Made by a program: the position numbers and the translations under genes
Assembly (NCBI GenBank): GCA_023136205.1
Contig: JAGLRQ010000027.1
Span: 1-26,414, forward strand
DNA: 26,414 bases
Source: Candidatus Auribacterota bacterium
Lineage (GTDB): Bacteria > Auribacterota > UBA6266
Direction: 5' to 3'
Part shown: positions 16,305 through 25,994 of the stretch, piece after piece
Layout of the letters: each line of letters opens with the position of its first letter
Position numbering within the stretch: the stretch's first letter is position 1
Notes under the pieces: generated by a model
The model's input: the letters and a program-made list of their open reading frames with translations, nothing else
Told to the model about the DNA's origin: nothing
The model's database searches: none

Positions 16305-16691
16305 TTATTCTTCTTCCTCTGTTTCCCGAAACTGCTGCCAAAGTCGTTTGAAGCGGGGTTCATATATTAAATCATATAGATGTATTTTTTCGGGAACGAG
16401 TTTTCTTATCAATTCCCTAAATTTTTCTTTTTCTATCTCTATATCAATCTGCTGATAATCGGTATTCAATATAAGCGATGCTATCTCATCCGAAGCTCTT
16501 TGTATCTCTGATATCTTTTTCTCCTCGAGTTTCAGGTCATATTGCCTGCAGATTTCTTCCACCTGGTTAAAAATCTCTTCATGTTTTAACCCAAGTCTAT
16601 ATCCGCACTCACAAATTATATCTTTCCCAAATTCAAAAAGAGTTACATCATATTCCCTTTTGCAATGTGGACATCTTATAGACATAAGCAA
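16305..16691 (-). CDS. Hypothetical protein with an N-terminal zinc ribbon
   Basis: 128 aa. The N-terminus has CPHC...CEC, followed by an acidic helical region. The likely start is ATG 16685 (MSIRCPHCK). I recognise no family. Confidence 0.5.
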   Translation of the reverse strand: MLMSIRCPHCKREYDVTLFEFGKDIICECGYRLGLKHEEIFNQVEEICRQYDLKLEEKKISEIQRASDEIASLILNTDYQQIDIEIEKEKFRELIRKLVPEKIHLYDLIYEPRFKRLWQQFRETEEEE

Positions 16692-16804
16692 AAATATATC
16701 CTATTTTTCAGTAAACCCCTTGTAACCTACCTGCATCTTTATACATATTTAGTGTAGTTAAACATTATATCCGAGAGAAAGGGATAAACTTACAACATTG
16801 CCTC

Positions 16805-17158
16805 TCAGCAGGTAAGATGGAAAGCAGCCACTACTTTTTTTCCGGCTGAAAGCTCATTAAAAATTTCGGCGGCCTTCTCAGTTTTTTCCGCTATAAATTC
16901 AATTCCTCGTGATTCTATCTTTTTTCGAACCTCAGGGGAAACTTGCATCGCACCGTAGCACCCAGTGCCTACTATCAGAACATCCGGATTATAGTCTAAA
17001 ATAGATTCTACATCTTCCAGTACAAGGTTATGGCCCTGGCGACGCCACCACCTATCATCAATCTTATCAGGGTAAATTATAACATCAGACTCATATCTCT
17101 TGCTATCAACCTCAATAACTCCAAAGGAATAGGAATTTACCATATTAAATCTGCCCAT
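16805..17158 (-). CDS. MTH938/DUF498-family protein
   Basis: 117 aa. The pattern is FGVIEVDSKRYESDVIIYPD...W...DVLIVGTGCYGAMQVSPEVRKKIESRGIEFIAEKTEKAAEIFNEL...VVAAFHLTC. Confidence 0.7.
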   Translation of the reverse strand: MGRFNMVNSYSFGVIEVDSKRYESDVIIYPDKIDDRWWRRQGHNLVLEDVESILDYNPDVLIVGTGCYGAMQVSPEVRKKIESRGIEFIAEKTEKAAEIFNELSAGKKVVAAFHLTC

Positions 17159-17164
17159 TTCTTT

Positions 17165-18586
17165 TTATTCCTCTCTATTTTTACCCGCCCCCGGGCATTT
17201 TCCCGTCCAGCAGTACAGGCAAAGCTTCTCCCTGGGAACACCGATAGCTTTAACCATATCCTCTACCGTTTGATACCTTAAGGTAGTAACATCCAAATCT
17301 TTCGTAATCCAGTCTATCATCTTTTCATATTTCTCGGAGCCGCTGTCTATATATTCGCTTACATTTTCCAGATCACACCCTTCCAGGCTTCTGATAGCTC
17401 TTCTTGTAACAAGCTCATGTATGCTCCTGGTCGAATAGTTGAATTTACAGGGAAACATTAATGGGGGGCAGGCAGGCCTTATGTGAATTTCCCTGGCTCC
17501 GGCATCCCATAATTTCTTTACGGTAAAGTTTTTAAACTGCGTTCCCCTGACTATGGAATCATCACAAACAATAATCTTGTTGCCCTCAATAATCTCTTTT
17601 ATAGCGAGAAGTTTCATCTTGGCCACTAAATCACGTCTCTGCTGAGAAGGGGGTGTATAACTTCTGCCGTAGCCGGGGGTATATTTCACAAGCGTACGCC
17701 TGAAAGGTTTTCCTGACTCCATAGAGTACCCTATCGCGTGTGCCGTTCCTGAATCAGGAACTCCGGAAACTACATCCACTTTAATATCTTTATCCTGTTT
17801 CGCCAGAAAACGTCCGCACTTCTCCCTTACAGTTTCCGCATTTATACCTTCATAACTTGAAGCCGGGAAACCCGTATATATCCAGAGAAACGCGCAGATC
17901 TGGTTAATTTTTCCACCATGCTTCCTCTGCTCCACACCATTTTTGTTAACCAGTACTACTTCCCCGGGTTCAAGATATTTAATAATTTTAAACTCGGTAT
18001 TCAAAAAAGCACTGGTTTCTGAAGTTATCGCGAAAGCATCCTCCCGTTGTCCCACGACAAGTGGAGTATAACCGCATTTATCCCTGGCGGCATAAATACC
18101 ATCTTTATTAAGCAATAACAGGGAGCATGAACCGTCAATTACGTCAAACATCTTTTCTATGCCGTTTACTAAATCTTCCCCCTGGTTAATAAGTTTAGCC
18201 GTAAGTTCGGACTGATTGATATTGCCTTTACTTACTTCACTAAATGAGATCCCTTTTCTCATAAGTTCATCGGCCAACTCCTTCGCGTTTTCTATAAATC
18301 CATTTGTGACTAAACAAAACGGCCCATGCTTTGAATTCAGATAAATGGGCTGTTCTTCAAAAGCGCTGATGACCCCAATCCCTTTATCACCCTTCATGTG
18401 TTTACAGTTTTCGAAGAATTTCGACTTGAACTGGCTCTGGCTTATATTATGAATCTGCCTGGCAAAATCATCACCCAGAACAGATATTCCCCCATATTCC
18501 GTTCCCAAATGAGAATGGTAATCTGTGCCGTACAAAAGAATTTCCGCACAGTCCTTATTAGAAGCTACCCCAAAAATACCGCTCAC
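17165..18586 (-). CDS. Amidophosphoribosyltransferase (PurF)-like protein with a divergent glutaminase domain (Ser in place of the Cys1 nucleophile)
   Basis: 473 aa. The N-terminus MSGIFGV compares with MCGIFG in PurF. The PRPP loop is IIVCDDSIVRGTQ, and SGVPDSGTAHAIGY is present. The Cys ligands of the [4Fe-4S]-type PurF are retained (ICAFLWIY, FPCKFN, CLYCWTGKCP). A strong AAGGAGGA Shine-Dalgarno lies 5 nt before GTG 18586. Confidence 0.8.
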   Translation of the reverse strand: MSGIFGVASNKDCAEILLYGTDYHSHLGTEYGGISVLGDDFARQIHNISQSQFKSKFFENCKHMKGDKGIGVISAFEEQPIYLNSKHGPFCLVTNGFIENAKELADELMRKGISFSEVSKGNINQSELTAKLINQGEDLVNGIEKMFDVIDGSCSLLLLNKDGIYAARDKCGYTPLVVGQREDAFAITSETSAFLNTEFKIIKYLEPGEVVLVNKNGVEQRKHGGKINQICAFLWIYTGFPASSYEGINAETVREKCGRFLAKQDKDIKVDVVSGVPDSGTAHAIGYSMESGKPFRRTLVKYTPGYGRSYTPPSQQRRDLVAKMKLLAIKEIIEGNKIIVCDDSIVRGTQFKNFTVKKLWDAGAREIHIRPACPPLMFPCKFNYSTRSIHELVTRRAIRSLEGCDLENVSEYIDSGSEKYEKMIDWITKDLDVTTLRYQTVEDMVKAIGVPREKLCLYCWTGKCPGAGKNREE

Positions 18587-18611
18587 TCGATTCCTCCTTA
18601 ATTACTATTTT

Positions 18612-19376
18612 TTACGCCTCTCCCAAATGCCTCACGACACCGGAACTTCGAGGAATAACTATATCCGCTTTTCTCTGAATCTGATCTTCTCCCGGGCTGT
18701 AATCAACATCCATGATTTCAATAAATTCCGCCGTATAATCCCTTAAAACCCCGGACAGCTCATATTTTTGTCCATCCTTTATCAGTCCCAGAACAACTTT
18801 TTTGCCAATATACCTCTCCAATATAGGTTCATATGACATCCCCGTTCCGGTGATTATCCGGCTTTGAATTTGTGAAACATATTTATCCTGCCCCTTCAGT
18901 ATCTTTCCCATCGGAGTAGCTGTTTTCATCTTTCCAACAAACATGTTCACAATTTCCATTATGGAGTCTTTTACTGTCCCAAATATGTTTCTAACTTTTC
19001 TTCCCAGAACCGGCAACCGCCCCGGATGATGAGATTTTTTCAAAATCTTATGGCGCCGTGCCAGCTCTTTTCCGGACAAATCGTCAACATATCGCAAAAG
19101 GACAAAAATCTGTCCGAATTCATTTTTATAAACCACACAGCTTGTTTCAAAATGCTTGTCTTTTTCATCAAGATAAGGCTCCGCGTATACAAACTCCAGA
19201 CACGAGTTTTCAACCCGGAGTTTTCCCCATATCTTCTTTGAATCCTTGTTTTCAAGTGTAACAGGATAACCGGAAAAATGGCGCAAACACCGGTCTTTTG
19301 TTCGGCCCTTGATAAAAGCACCCAGGAAAGTAACGGCAATTATAAAAATTATTGTTATGGCAAATGTATCCGGCAT
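18612..19376 (-). CDS. Hypothetical membrane-anchored protein
   Basis: 254 aa with one N-terminal TM helix (FAITIIFIIAVTFLGAFI). A GGAG Shine-Dalgarno lies 7 nt upstream of the ATG. I recognise no family. Confidence 0.55.
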   Translation of the reverse strand: MPDTFAITIIFIIAVTFLGAFIKGRTKDRCLRHFSGYPVTLENKDSKKIWGKLRVENSCLEFVYAEPYLDEKDKHFETSCVVYKNEFGQIFVLLRYVDDLSGKELARRHKILKKSHHPGRLPVLGRKVRNIFGTVKDSIMEIVNMFVGKMKTATPMGKILKGQDKYVSQIQSRIITGTGMSYEPILERYIGKKVVLGLIKDGQKYELSGVLRDYTAEFIEIMDVDYSPGEDQIQRKADIVIPRSSGVVRHLGEA

Positions 19377-19467
19377 AATTGTACTCCTATATTCCCAGAC
19401 ACTTTATAAAAATTTTTTCAAAAAAGCAAGTATTCCCCGCTCCCGGATTACGCGATCCGCGGTTTTA

Positions 19468-20010
19468 TTAGCAGAAATAATCTGATACAAATTTTGAAAG
19501 TTTTGATTCTTCTTCAGGCGAAGGATTTAAGAAAGCAACCGCAACTTCATGAAAATCAAGATTTGGATTCTTTTCAACCCTTACTATCTTACCATTAATT
19601 TCCAGTAAGTATTCTTTAGAGGGTGACTCAATAACAAGATGAATAAACGCGTCCCCGGGCAATAATTCTTTGACCTTAAATAAGACACCCGAGGCGCTTA
19701 TATTCTCGGCAAAACCTTTTCTGTAAACCCCTCCTTCGGAAATTATCCTGCCGCCCTCCCTCCTGATATAAGATACACTGCAAAAAACAGGGTTCTTCTT
19801 TTTTGGTATTATATGGTACCTAACAGCAGTTCCCGCGGTAATCCTAATATACCTTCTTCTTTCACGTGAAGGTGTTCTAGACGTTCTTATCTCCGGTTTT
19901 CCGTACTGCCTCTCTGTAGAAAAAAAGTGCCCAAGAAATAAAACCATCGAGACGGCAAAAAGGACCATTCCTCCAAAAAACAACATCTGCTGTACTAATT
20001 CGTAATTCAA
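19468..20010 (-). CDS. Membrane-anchored PilZ-domain (c-di-GMP-binding) protein
   Basis: 180 aa with an N-terminal TM helix (MLFFGGMVLFAVSMVLFLG). The PilZ signatures are RxxxR (RERRRYIRI) and N-x-S-x-x-G (ENISASGVLF). The start is either TTG 20010 or ATG 19986. Confidence 0.7.
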   Translation of the reverse strand: MNYELVQQMLFFGGMVLFAVSMVLFLGHFFSTERQYGKPEIRTSRTPSRERRRYIRITAGTAVRYHIIPKKKNPVFCSVSYIRREGGRIISEGGVYRKGFAENISASGVLFKVKELLPGDAFIHLVIESPSKEYLLEINGKIVRVEKNPNLDFHEVAVAFLNPSPEEESKLSKFVSDYFC

Positions 20011-20016
20011 GTTCCG

Positions 20017-21300
20017 TCAACTCCTTTTTATAGCCGCGAAATACCCACCGTCAGGGCCTTTTTTCTCCTGGATCGTCAACTTTTCACTGATTAACCGGGC
20101 ATCCGCGTTTCTACATAAAAAATTCTCTACTATATCTTTATTTTCCACATCAAGAATAGAACACGTGCTGTACACAAGTATCCCATCTTTTGACAAAAAT
20201 GAAAATGCCTTTTCAAGCATTTCTTTCTGTATTCTTACGATAGAGTTTAATCTGTCTATGGTAAATAACCATCTGGCATCAGGTCTGCGCCTCCAGACAC
20301 CGGTATTTGAACAGGGAACATCCAGTAATACCCGGCTGAACTTCTTATTACCGATTTTATCACACCTTTTTAAAAAATCACACTCAACAACATCAATATT
20401 TCTTACGCCCAGTCTTTTTACGTTTTCCCTTATAAGATCCGTTTTCTTCCTGGTTTTATCAATACAGGTTACTTTTACCATATTGCTGCCAAGCTGTGAA
20501 ATAAGGGTAGCCTTGCCTCCCGGGGCAGAACAAACATCAAGAACTTCGCTATCATTAACCCTGCTTAGAAAAGCGCAGGGCAAAACCGTAGTTCTATCCT
20601 GGACATAAAAAGCTCCTTCTTTAAACAGAGGGCTTAACAGCAAATCCCTTATACGGCTTGCCTTGTAGAGAAAATCAAATTCACCGTCTCTTTCAAATTC
20701 CACATCCATTTCTCTTAACCTGTCCTCAAATTCTTTTCTCTTTATTTTCAGAGAATTCAACCTCAGCCAAACAGGAGGAATAGAGTTGTTGGTTTCAAAA
20801 ACGCTTAAGGCTTTGCCCTTTCCAAAAGCATCGACAATACAGGCAACAAACCATTCAGGATGGGAATATGTAACCGCGATATCTTTTACCGTGTTGCCTT
20901 CCGGAAACTTATAATTTTCTTTTGACCTTATATATTTTCTTAAAACCGCGTTAATAAAACCTTTCGCCTTTCTATCACTTAACAGCGAAACGGATTCATC
21001 AACGGCCGCGTAATCAGGCATTTGAACATCAAATAACAAAAAATAAAAGCCTAAACGAAGAGCAATTAAAATATCAGGTTTTATAAACCTTTTTTTCCTC
21101 AAAGACACTTTTTCAATCATATAATCCAGCAGTTTCTGCCATCTTCTTACTCCGTTTATAAGTTCTGTCACATATGCTTTGTCCAAAGAAGAGTGGCAAA
21201 AGTCCAGAGAGGGGCCGCTTTCTTTTTCGCGGCATTTAAAATCTTTGAGAAGAATTTTATACGCGGCTTTTCTCGGAAGTTGTAAAAATCCTGATTCCAT
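20017..21300 (-). CDS. rsmB: 16S rRNA (cytosine-C5)-methyltransferase RsmB/Sun
   Basis: 427 aa. The N-domain is NusB-like. The SAM motif is DVCSAPGGKAT. The catalytic motifs are LLDVPCSNTGVWRRRPDARW and LVYSTCSI. Confidence 0.9.
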   Translation of the reverse strand: MESGFLQLPRKAAYKILLKDFKCREKESGPSLDFCHSSLDKAYVTELINGVRRWQKLLDYMIEKVSLRKKRFIKPDILIALRLGFYFLLFDVQMPDYAAVDESVSLLSDRKAKGFINAVLRKYIRSKENYKFPEGNTVKDIAVTYSHPEWFVACIVDAFGKGKALSVFETNNSIPPVWLRLNSLKIKRKEFEDRLREMDVEFERDGEFDFLYKASRIRDLLLSPLFKEGAFYVQDRTTVLPCAFLSRVNDSEVLDVCSAPGGKATLISQLGSNMVKVTCIDKTRKKTDLIRENVKRLGVRNIDVVECDFLKRCDKIGNKKFSRVLLDVPCSNTGVWRRRPDARWLFTIDRLNSIVRIQKEMLEKAFSFLSKDGILVYSTCSILDVENKDIVENFLCRNADARLISEKLTIQEKKGPDGGYFAAIKRS

Positions 21301-21712
21301 TTATGACTTCACCAATATTTACCCCGGTCTCAACACAGGGGCCGTTAGATATTATGTTTTTTACGGCTATTACAGGTTTGAAGGGAATTTTCATCAGCCC
21401 GGCGGCAAGTTCATAATTACACGCGATCGCGATTATTGCTTTAAATTTTGAAGACCTGGCTGTTTTTACGGCAAGCCTGCCTCCCTGGACAAAAACTATG
21501 TTTACTTTCTCTTTCTCTGCCAGATTTAAGAGCCTGCCCACATCGCACCTGCCGCATCTCTCGCACTCCAAATGGCTCCCCAGGATATTCCGGGGACAAT
21601 CCTTGCTCTGCAGGCATTTAGGGCAGAGTATTAAAACTTCCCCGGGGGAAAACCTATATTTCCGGAGCTTCACAAAAAAATTACTCACACATATAAGCAG
21701 GTTTTTAATCAA
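21257..21712 (-). CDS. DUF116-family Cys-rich protein
   Basis: 151 aa. The pattern is LILCPKCLQSKDCP...ECERCGRCDVG...VQGGRLAVK...IAIACNYEL...NGPCVETGV. It occupies the typical position between fmt and rsmB. Confidence 0.75.
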   Translation of the reverse strand: MIKNLLICVSNFFVKLRKYRFSPGEVLILCPKCLQSKDCPRNILGSHLECERCGRCDVGRLLNLAEKEKVNIVFVQGGRLAVKTARSSKFKAIIAIACNYELAAGLMKIPFKPVIAVKNIISNGPCVETGVNIGEVINGIRIFTTSEKSRV

Positions 21713-22652
21713 AACAATTCCCTTGTTTTAAATGATACCCGTTTATAAAATCCACAGCGCTAATCCTTCCTTTTCCTTCAGGCTGAACTTCGATAATTTC
21801 AACAGCACCTTTTCCGCAGGACACAACCAATTTATCCAAACATTCCATTACTTCCCCCGGTTTCCCGGCTTTTGAGCCGGAAACCTTGACTTTGTGTATT
21901 TTAATCATAACTCTTTTGCCTGAGCGGGCAAAAAAAGCAAATGCTCCCGGCCATGGATAAACGCCCCTGACAAAACATTCGGTTTCAAAAGCGCTTTTAT
22001 TCCAGTCTATTCTGCCGTCTTCCTTTCTTAGCTTCGGCGCCATGGAAAGGCCTTCTTTATCCTGAGGAATTCTTTCAAATTTACCGCCCGCGATTTTACC
22101 AATAGATTCCGCCAGAACATCTCCGCCGATTTTTGAAAGCCTCTCCACAAGAGTTCCCGCCGTATCAGAAGGCAGAACATCAAGTTCTTTTTTCATTATA
22201 ACATCCCCGCCATCCAGGGCTTCATTAAGGAAAAAAACGGTAACCCCTGTTTTGCTGATACCACTTATTACCGCCCACTGGACAGGAGCAGCCCCTCTGA
22301 ACCGCGGGAGAAGAGAAAAATGAAGGTTGATACATCCCATGGGAGGAATATCAAGGACTTCCTTTTTAAAAATTTCCCCGAAAGCAACCACAACTATTAA
22401 ATCAGGAGAAAGGCCCTTTAACAAATTTATGGAGCTCTCTGTTGAAATTTTCTCAGGCTGAAAAAGCTTAAGCCCGTATTTAAGCGCGGTTTTCTTGACC
22501 GGCGGAGGCACGGGTTTAGCGCTTCTTTTAACAGAACGGTCAGGGCGGGTAAAAACCCCGACAATGTTCATTTTCTTTCTCACAAGAATATCAAGACATT
22601 CTGCCGCCGCGCCAGGGGTACCGATAAAAACTATTTTTATGTTATTTTTCAT
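21705..22652 (-). CDS. fmt: Methionyl-tRNA formyltransferase
   Basis: 315 aa. Motifs: KIVFIGTPGAAAECLDIL and HFSLLPRFRGAAPVQWAVISG. A C-terminal formyltransferase domain is present. Confidence 0.95.
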   Translation of the reverse strand: MKNNIKIVFIGTPGAAAECLDILVRKKMNIVGVFTRPDRSVKRSAKPVPPPVKKTALKYGLKLFQPEKISTESSINLLKGLSPDLIVVVAFGEIFKKEVLDIPPMGCINLHFSLLPRFRGAAPVQWAVISGISKTGVTVFFLNEALDGGDVIMKKELDVLPSDTAGTLVERLSKIGGDVLAESIGKIAGGKFERIPQDKEGLSMAPKLRKEDGRIDWNKSAFETECFVRGVYPWPGAFAFFARSGKRVMIKIHKVKVSGSKAGKPGEVMECLDKLVVSCGKGAVEIIEVQPEGKGRISAVDFINGYHLKQGNCFD

Positions 22653-23544
22653 TTTCTCTCTTTTTCGCGCATGCTTTCAATCCCGCGTTAAGAAAATAAA
22701 TATAAACAAAACCGGTAGTTAAAAAACCAAAAAGAAAATTTCTGTCACGATCCAATCCCAGAGCATAAACACCGCACATAATCAAGACAGCCGGCGTAAG
22801 AGCATAAAGACTAACATTAAAAACCTGGACATATTTTAAATTCGCTTCAACTGCTCTGGCTGAGTTAAGCATAACATACGCGGTCAAAGCAGAAATTAAA
22901 ACTATCATAAAAGCTGTTTGTAATACGCCGAAGATTGTATTTATTATAATCATTAAGAAGAATGCCACTCTCAAATAGACCTTCATATCATTTTCATTCA
23001 GGTTAAAGCTTTTAACATTTTGCAGAGAATATAATTTTTCATGGATATTGCTGCCGGGCTGGGACCGGGCCACTGCTATTAGCATAAAAGAAACCCACCG
23101 GCAGAAAAAAGACGAATAGGAATCTCTTCCTATGTTTCTTTCATTCCTGCCTAACTTAATAACAACGCTGTCCTTTTGAACAACCATTTTATTCGTGTAA
23201 ACCTTTTTAATTTCATCAGGCTGCCTGCCAAAGATAATTAATGAGTCTCTATCGCTATAAACCAGAACATTGTCAAGATCGGGAAAAACAACCTTCCCAT
23301 CCTCTATGACGACAGGTGGTATATTTTCTCCCATCCACTTGCCAAAACCATTTAACCAGTCATAATTCCTCAGAGAAGAAAACGGAAGATAAACAAGATT
23401 AAAGAAAACAACTAAGAAAACAATATATCCCAGCTGGAACTTTTTCTTTTTACAAATTACTTCATAAACAGAAAAATCATACAAAGTTTTTAAAAAGGTT
23501 TTAAACATTATATTTTCTCTTATCTCCAGTATAAAAGAATTCAC
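22642..23544 (-). CDS. Polytopic membrane protein, DUF1189-like
   Basis: The N-terminus MFKTFLKTLYDFSVYEVICKKKKFQLGYIVFLVVFFNLVYLP resembles the start of DUF1189 proteins, and C-terminal TM helices follow. The likely start is ATG 23508 (M13), not GTG 23544. Confidence 0.5.
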   Translation of the reverse strand: MNSFILEIRENIMFKTFLKTLYDFSVYEVICKKKKFQLGYIVFLVVFFNLVYLPFSSLRNYDWLNGFGKWMGENIPPVVIEDGKVVFPDLDNVLVYSDRDSLIIFGRQPDEIKKVYTNKMVVQKDSVVIKLGRNERNIGRDSYSSFFCRWVSFMLIAVARSQPGSNIHEKLYSLQNVKSFNLNENDMKVYLRVAFFLMIIINTIFGVLQTAFMIVLISALTAYVMLNSARAVEANLKYVQVFNVSLYALTPAVLIMCGVYALGLDRDRNFLFGFLTTGFVYIYFLNAGLKACAKKRENEK

Positions 23545-23696
23545 AGTTTATCATAAACATATCATAATTGGAATCATATACCACAACCCCTTTTCCAGCG
23601 GCAGCAGAAAGTAAATCCTCAATTATTTTTGTTTTTTTACCCGCCGGTCTGTGTTAATCTCATGGTGGTTTATGCGCGTATAACAGGGAGAAATCT

Positions 23697-25118
23697 ATGG
23701 CCGAAATTAAGGAACCAACACCGAGCGGCAATGCTATAATGCTCTATAACAGAGGCATGGACGCTTTTAATAAAGACAATCTGGATTATGCCATCACCCT
23801 CTTCATATCGGCGGTCAAAGATTCTCCGGGGTTTGTAAAAGCCCGCAATATACTAAGGCTGGCAGAATATAAACAACTCGAAAAATCCAGCCTCCTCTCC
23901 GTCATTATTAAAAAATTTACCGCTCTGCTCATTACCCTGCCCGTGAAATCCCTGCTGCTCTTAAATGTTTTGCAAAAAGACTGGATAGGCGTAATGGCAA
24001 AAGCGGAAGATATTTTAAAAGAATACCCTAAAAATGTTCATATCCTGTCACAGCTTGCTAACGCGGCAGAAATGACGAAACAGGAAGGAATGATTTTAAC
24101 GGCAATTGACTCATATGAAAAAGCAAGAAGAGTAAGCCGCAAAAATCTCCGGGTTTTAAAAACACTGGCCAGGATTTACAGGCAAATAGGAGATCTTGAC
24201 AGGTCACGCGCGTGCTTTGAAGACATCAGAAGGTATCAGCCACACGACAAAGACATAGAGCGGGGCCTGAAAGACCTTGCGGCGCTTGGAACAATCGCGA
24301 GAGGCGGTTTGGATGATGTTACTACCTACAGAACAAAAATTCGAGATGAAGAACAGTCCGATATCTTTGAAAAAGAGTCCAGGCTGGTAAAAAGCAAAAA
24401 GGATATTGAAGCCCTCATAGCAAACACTGAAAAACAACTTCAGTCAAAGCCTGATAATACTAATCTGCATAAAAAATTGGCTGAACTCTATATAGAAAGC
24501 AGGGATTTTAGCAAGGCAATAAACACGCTTGAAATCGCGTCCAGGCTTGACGAAGGAGATATCACTTTAAAAAGAACTATCGCAAGTGTAAAAGTAAACC
24601 AATTTGACGAGAAAATTAAGAGCGCCGAAGAAAAATTAAAAAATGACCCGCAAAACAACAACCTGAAATTCGAGGTTCAGAGGATTATCAAGAACAAAAG
24701 TGATTTCATCATCAGCGATCTCCTTCAGAATATAAAACAGTATCCAAGCAACCTTATACTGCATTTTAAACTTGGAAACATATACTTTAATACCGGGGAG
24801 TTCGATAAAGCAATCGCGGAATTCCAGATCGCTGTAAAAAACCCCCAGCGAAGAATAAGCTCAATGAACAAACTCGGATTATGTTTTAAGGCAAAGAAAA
24901 TGCACGACATGGCTATAAACCAGTTTAAAAAAGCTATACAGAGTTTAAGAGAAATGGATACCACAAAGAAAGAAGTCATTTACAACCTGGGAAACGTTTA
25001 TGAAGAAATGAAAGAATGGGATAAAGCTATTGAACAATATAAAAAGATTTATGAAGTCGATATAAATTACAGGGACATCGCGCAGAAAATTGAGAACGTG
25101 TATAAGCAGAAGGGATAG
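23697..25118 (+). CDS. TPR-repeat protein
   Basis: 473 aa, and the only plus-strand gene. It has multiple TPR units, for example LHKKLAELYIESRDFSKAINTLEIASRLDEGD, LHFKLGNIYFNTGEFDKAIAEFQIAVKNPQ and VIYNLGNVYEEMKEWDKAIEQYKKIYEVD. A GGGAG Shine-Dalgarno lies 6 nt upstream of the ATG. Confidence 0.8.
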   Translation: MAEIKEPTPSGNAIMLYNRGMDAFNKDNLDYAITLFISAVKDSPGFVKARNILRLAEYKQLEKSSLLSVIIKKFTALLITLPVKSLLLLNVLQKDWIGVMAKAEDILKEYPKNVHILSQLANAAEMTKQEGMILTAIDSYEKARRVSRKNLRVLKTLARIYRQIGDLDRSRACFEDIRRYQPHDKDIERGLKDLAALGTIARGGLDDVTTYRTKIRDEEQSDIFEKESRLVKSKKDIEALIANTEKQLQSKPDNTNLHKKLAELYIESRDFSKAINTLEIASRLDEGDITLKRTIASVKVNQFDEKIKSAEEKLKNDPQNNNLKFEVQRIIKNKSDFIISDLLQNIKQYPSNLILHFKLGNIYFNTGEFDKAIAEFQIAVKNPQRRISSMNKLGLCFKAKKMHDMAINQFKKAIQSLREMDTTKKEVIYNLGNVYEEMKEWDKAIEQYKKIYEVDINYRDIAQKIENVYKQKG

Positions 25119-25120
25119 GA

Positions 25121-25981
25121 TTATCTCCCCATAATAAGCCCCTGGTTCCCGGGTAAATCCTCATTTGAAGGGACACTGTCTTCTTTTAATTTCCGAATGG
25201 TAGAAGTTCTGCTTTTTTGCCTTCTCCCTGAAGATTCATCTGCTGAAGAGGGTTCCTTACCGCCTTTATATCCCCAGACAATGGCATTCGGTTTTTCGGC
25301 AATTTTGGAGGTAAAAGTTTTTGTGTTATCAAGAATATCACCGATTTCATTATTAATTTTTCCCGTTATCCCCTTAATATTTTGCGCGCTTAGCCTGATA
25401 TCCTGAATAGAAGACCTGATATCTTCCCTGTTTTCCACCAGTAAAATATCCGCGTCATCTACCAGTTTATTTGATGAAGCTAATAGTTGTTCAATGCTGG
25501 AGCCCAGAACATCAAGTTTTTCCTTAACATCCACCATTAATGACCCTATCTCTACGGATTCCACGCCCATCACAATATTATCGGGCTTCATGTAGCCGGC
25601 ATCTTTTGTCCCGGGAGAAAAGTTTATGTACTTGCTTCCAAGAAACCCCATTGTTTCAATTTTGGCAACAGCATCATATTCAATACGCACCCCATTGTGT
25701 ATTTTTAATGTAACCTCGCAGTTGTACTTATTACTGTATTTTTGCCTCTCCGCGGGAGAAAGAATGATTATGTTTTCGATTTTACCTATTTCGTTTCCGG
25801 CATAAGTAACCGGAGCATCACTTTCAAGTTTAGACACGGAAGAGAAAAGAACACTTATCTGGTAAGGTTTTTTAAATTGGAAATCTCCTACTGAAACAAT
25901 TAGGAATACCAGTAGAATAATACATATAAGTATCACCAAACCGGTTTTCACTTCATTCCCGTAATATTCAGCCATATTCAA
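25121..25981 (-). CDS. MlaD/MCE-domain protein
   Basis: It has an N-terminal TM helix (TGLVILICIILLVFLIVSV) followed by an MCE domain (YQISVLFSSVSKLESDAPVTYAGNEIGKIENI). The likely start is ATG 25975, preceded by GGGGG 6 nt upstream. The track start at 25981 is TTG. Confidence 0.78.
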   Translation of the reverse strand: MNMAEYYGNEVKTGLVILICIILLVFLIVSVGDFQFKKPYQISVLFSSVSKLESDAPVTYAGNEIGKIENIIILSPAERQKYSNKYNCEVTLKIHNGVRIEYDAVAKIETMGFLGSKYINFSPGTKDAGYMKPDNIVMGVESVEIGSLMVDVKEKLDVLGSSIEQLLASSNKLVDDADILLVENREDIRSSIQDIRLSAQNIKGITGKINNEIGDILDNTKTFTSKIAEKPNAIVWGYKGGKEPSSADESSGRRQKSRTSTIRKLKEDSVPSNEDLPGNQGLIMGR

Positions 25982-25994
25982 CCCCCATCTCTCT

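Noticed and set aside
20017-22652. The fmt - DUF116 - rsmB cluster with overlapping gene ends as something unusual
   Set aside because: This is a commonly seen conserved arrangement of translation-related genes. The overlaps (8 nt and 44 nt) may simply reflect start-codon choice, so the region is ordinary.
25119-25120. Only 2 bp separate the convergent stops of the TPR gene and the MlaD-like gene, with no terminator
   Set aside because: This is a curiosity of gene packing. There is no sequence element to interpret, and termination signals may lie inside the opposing coding regions.
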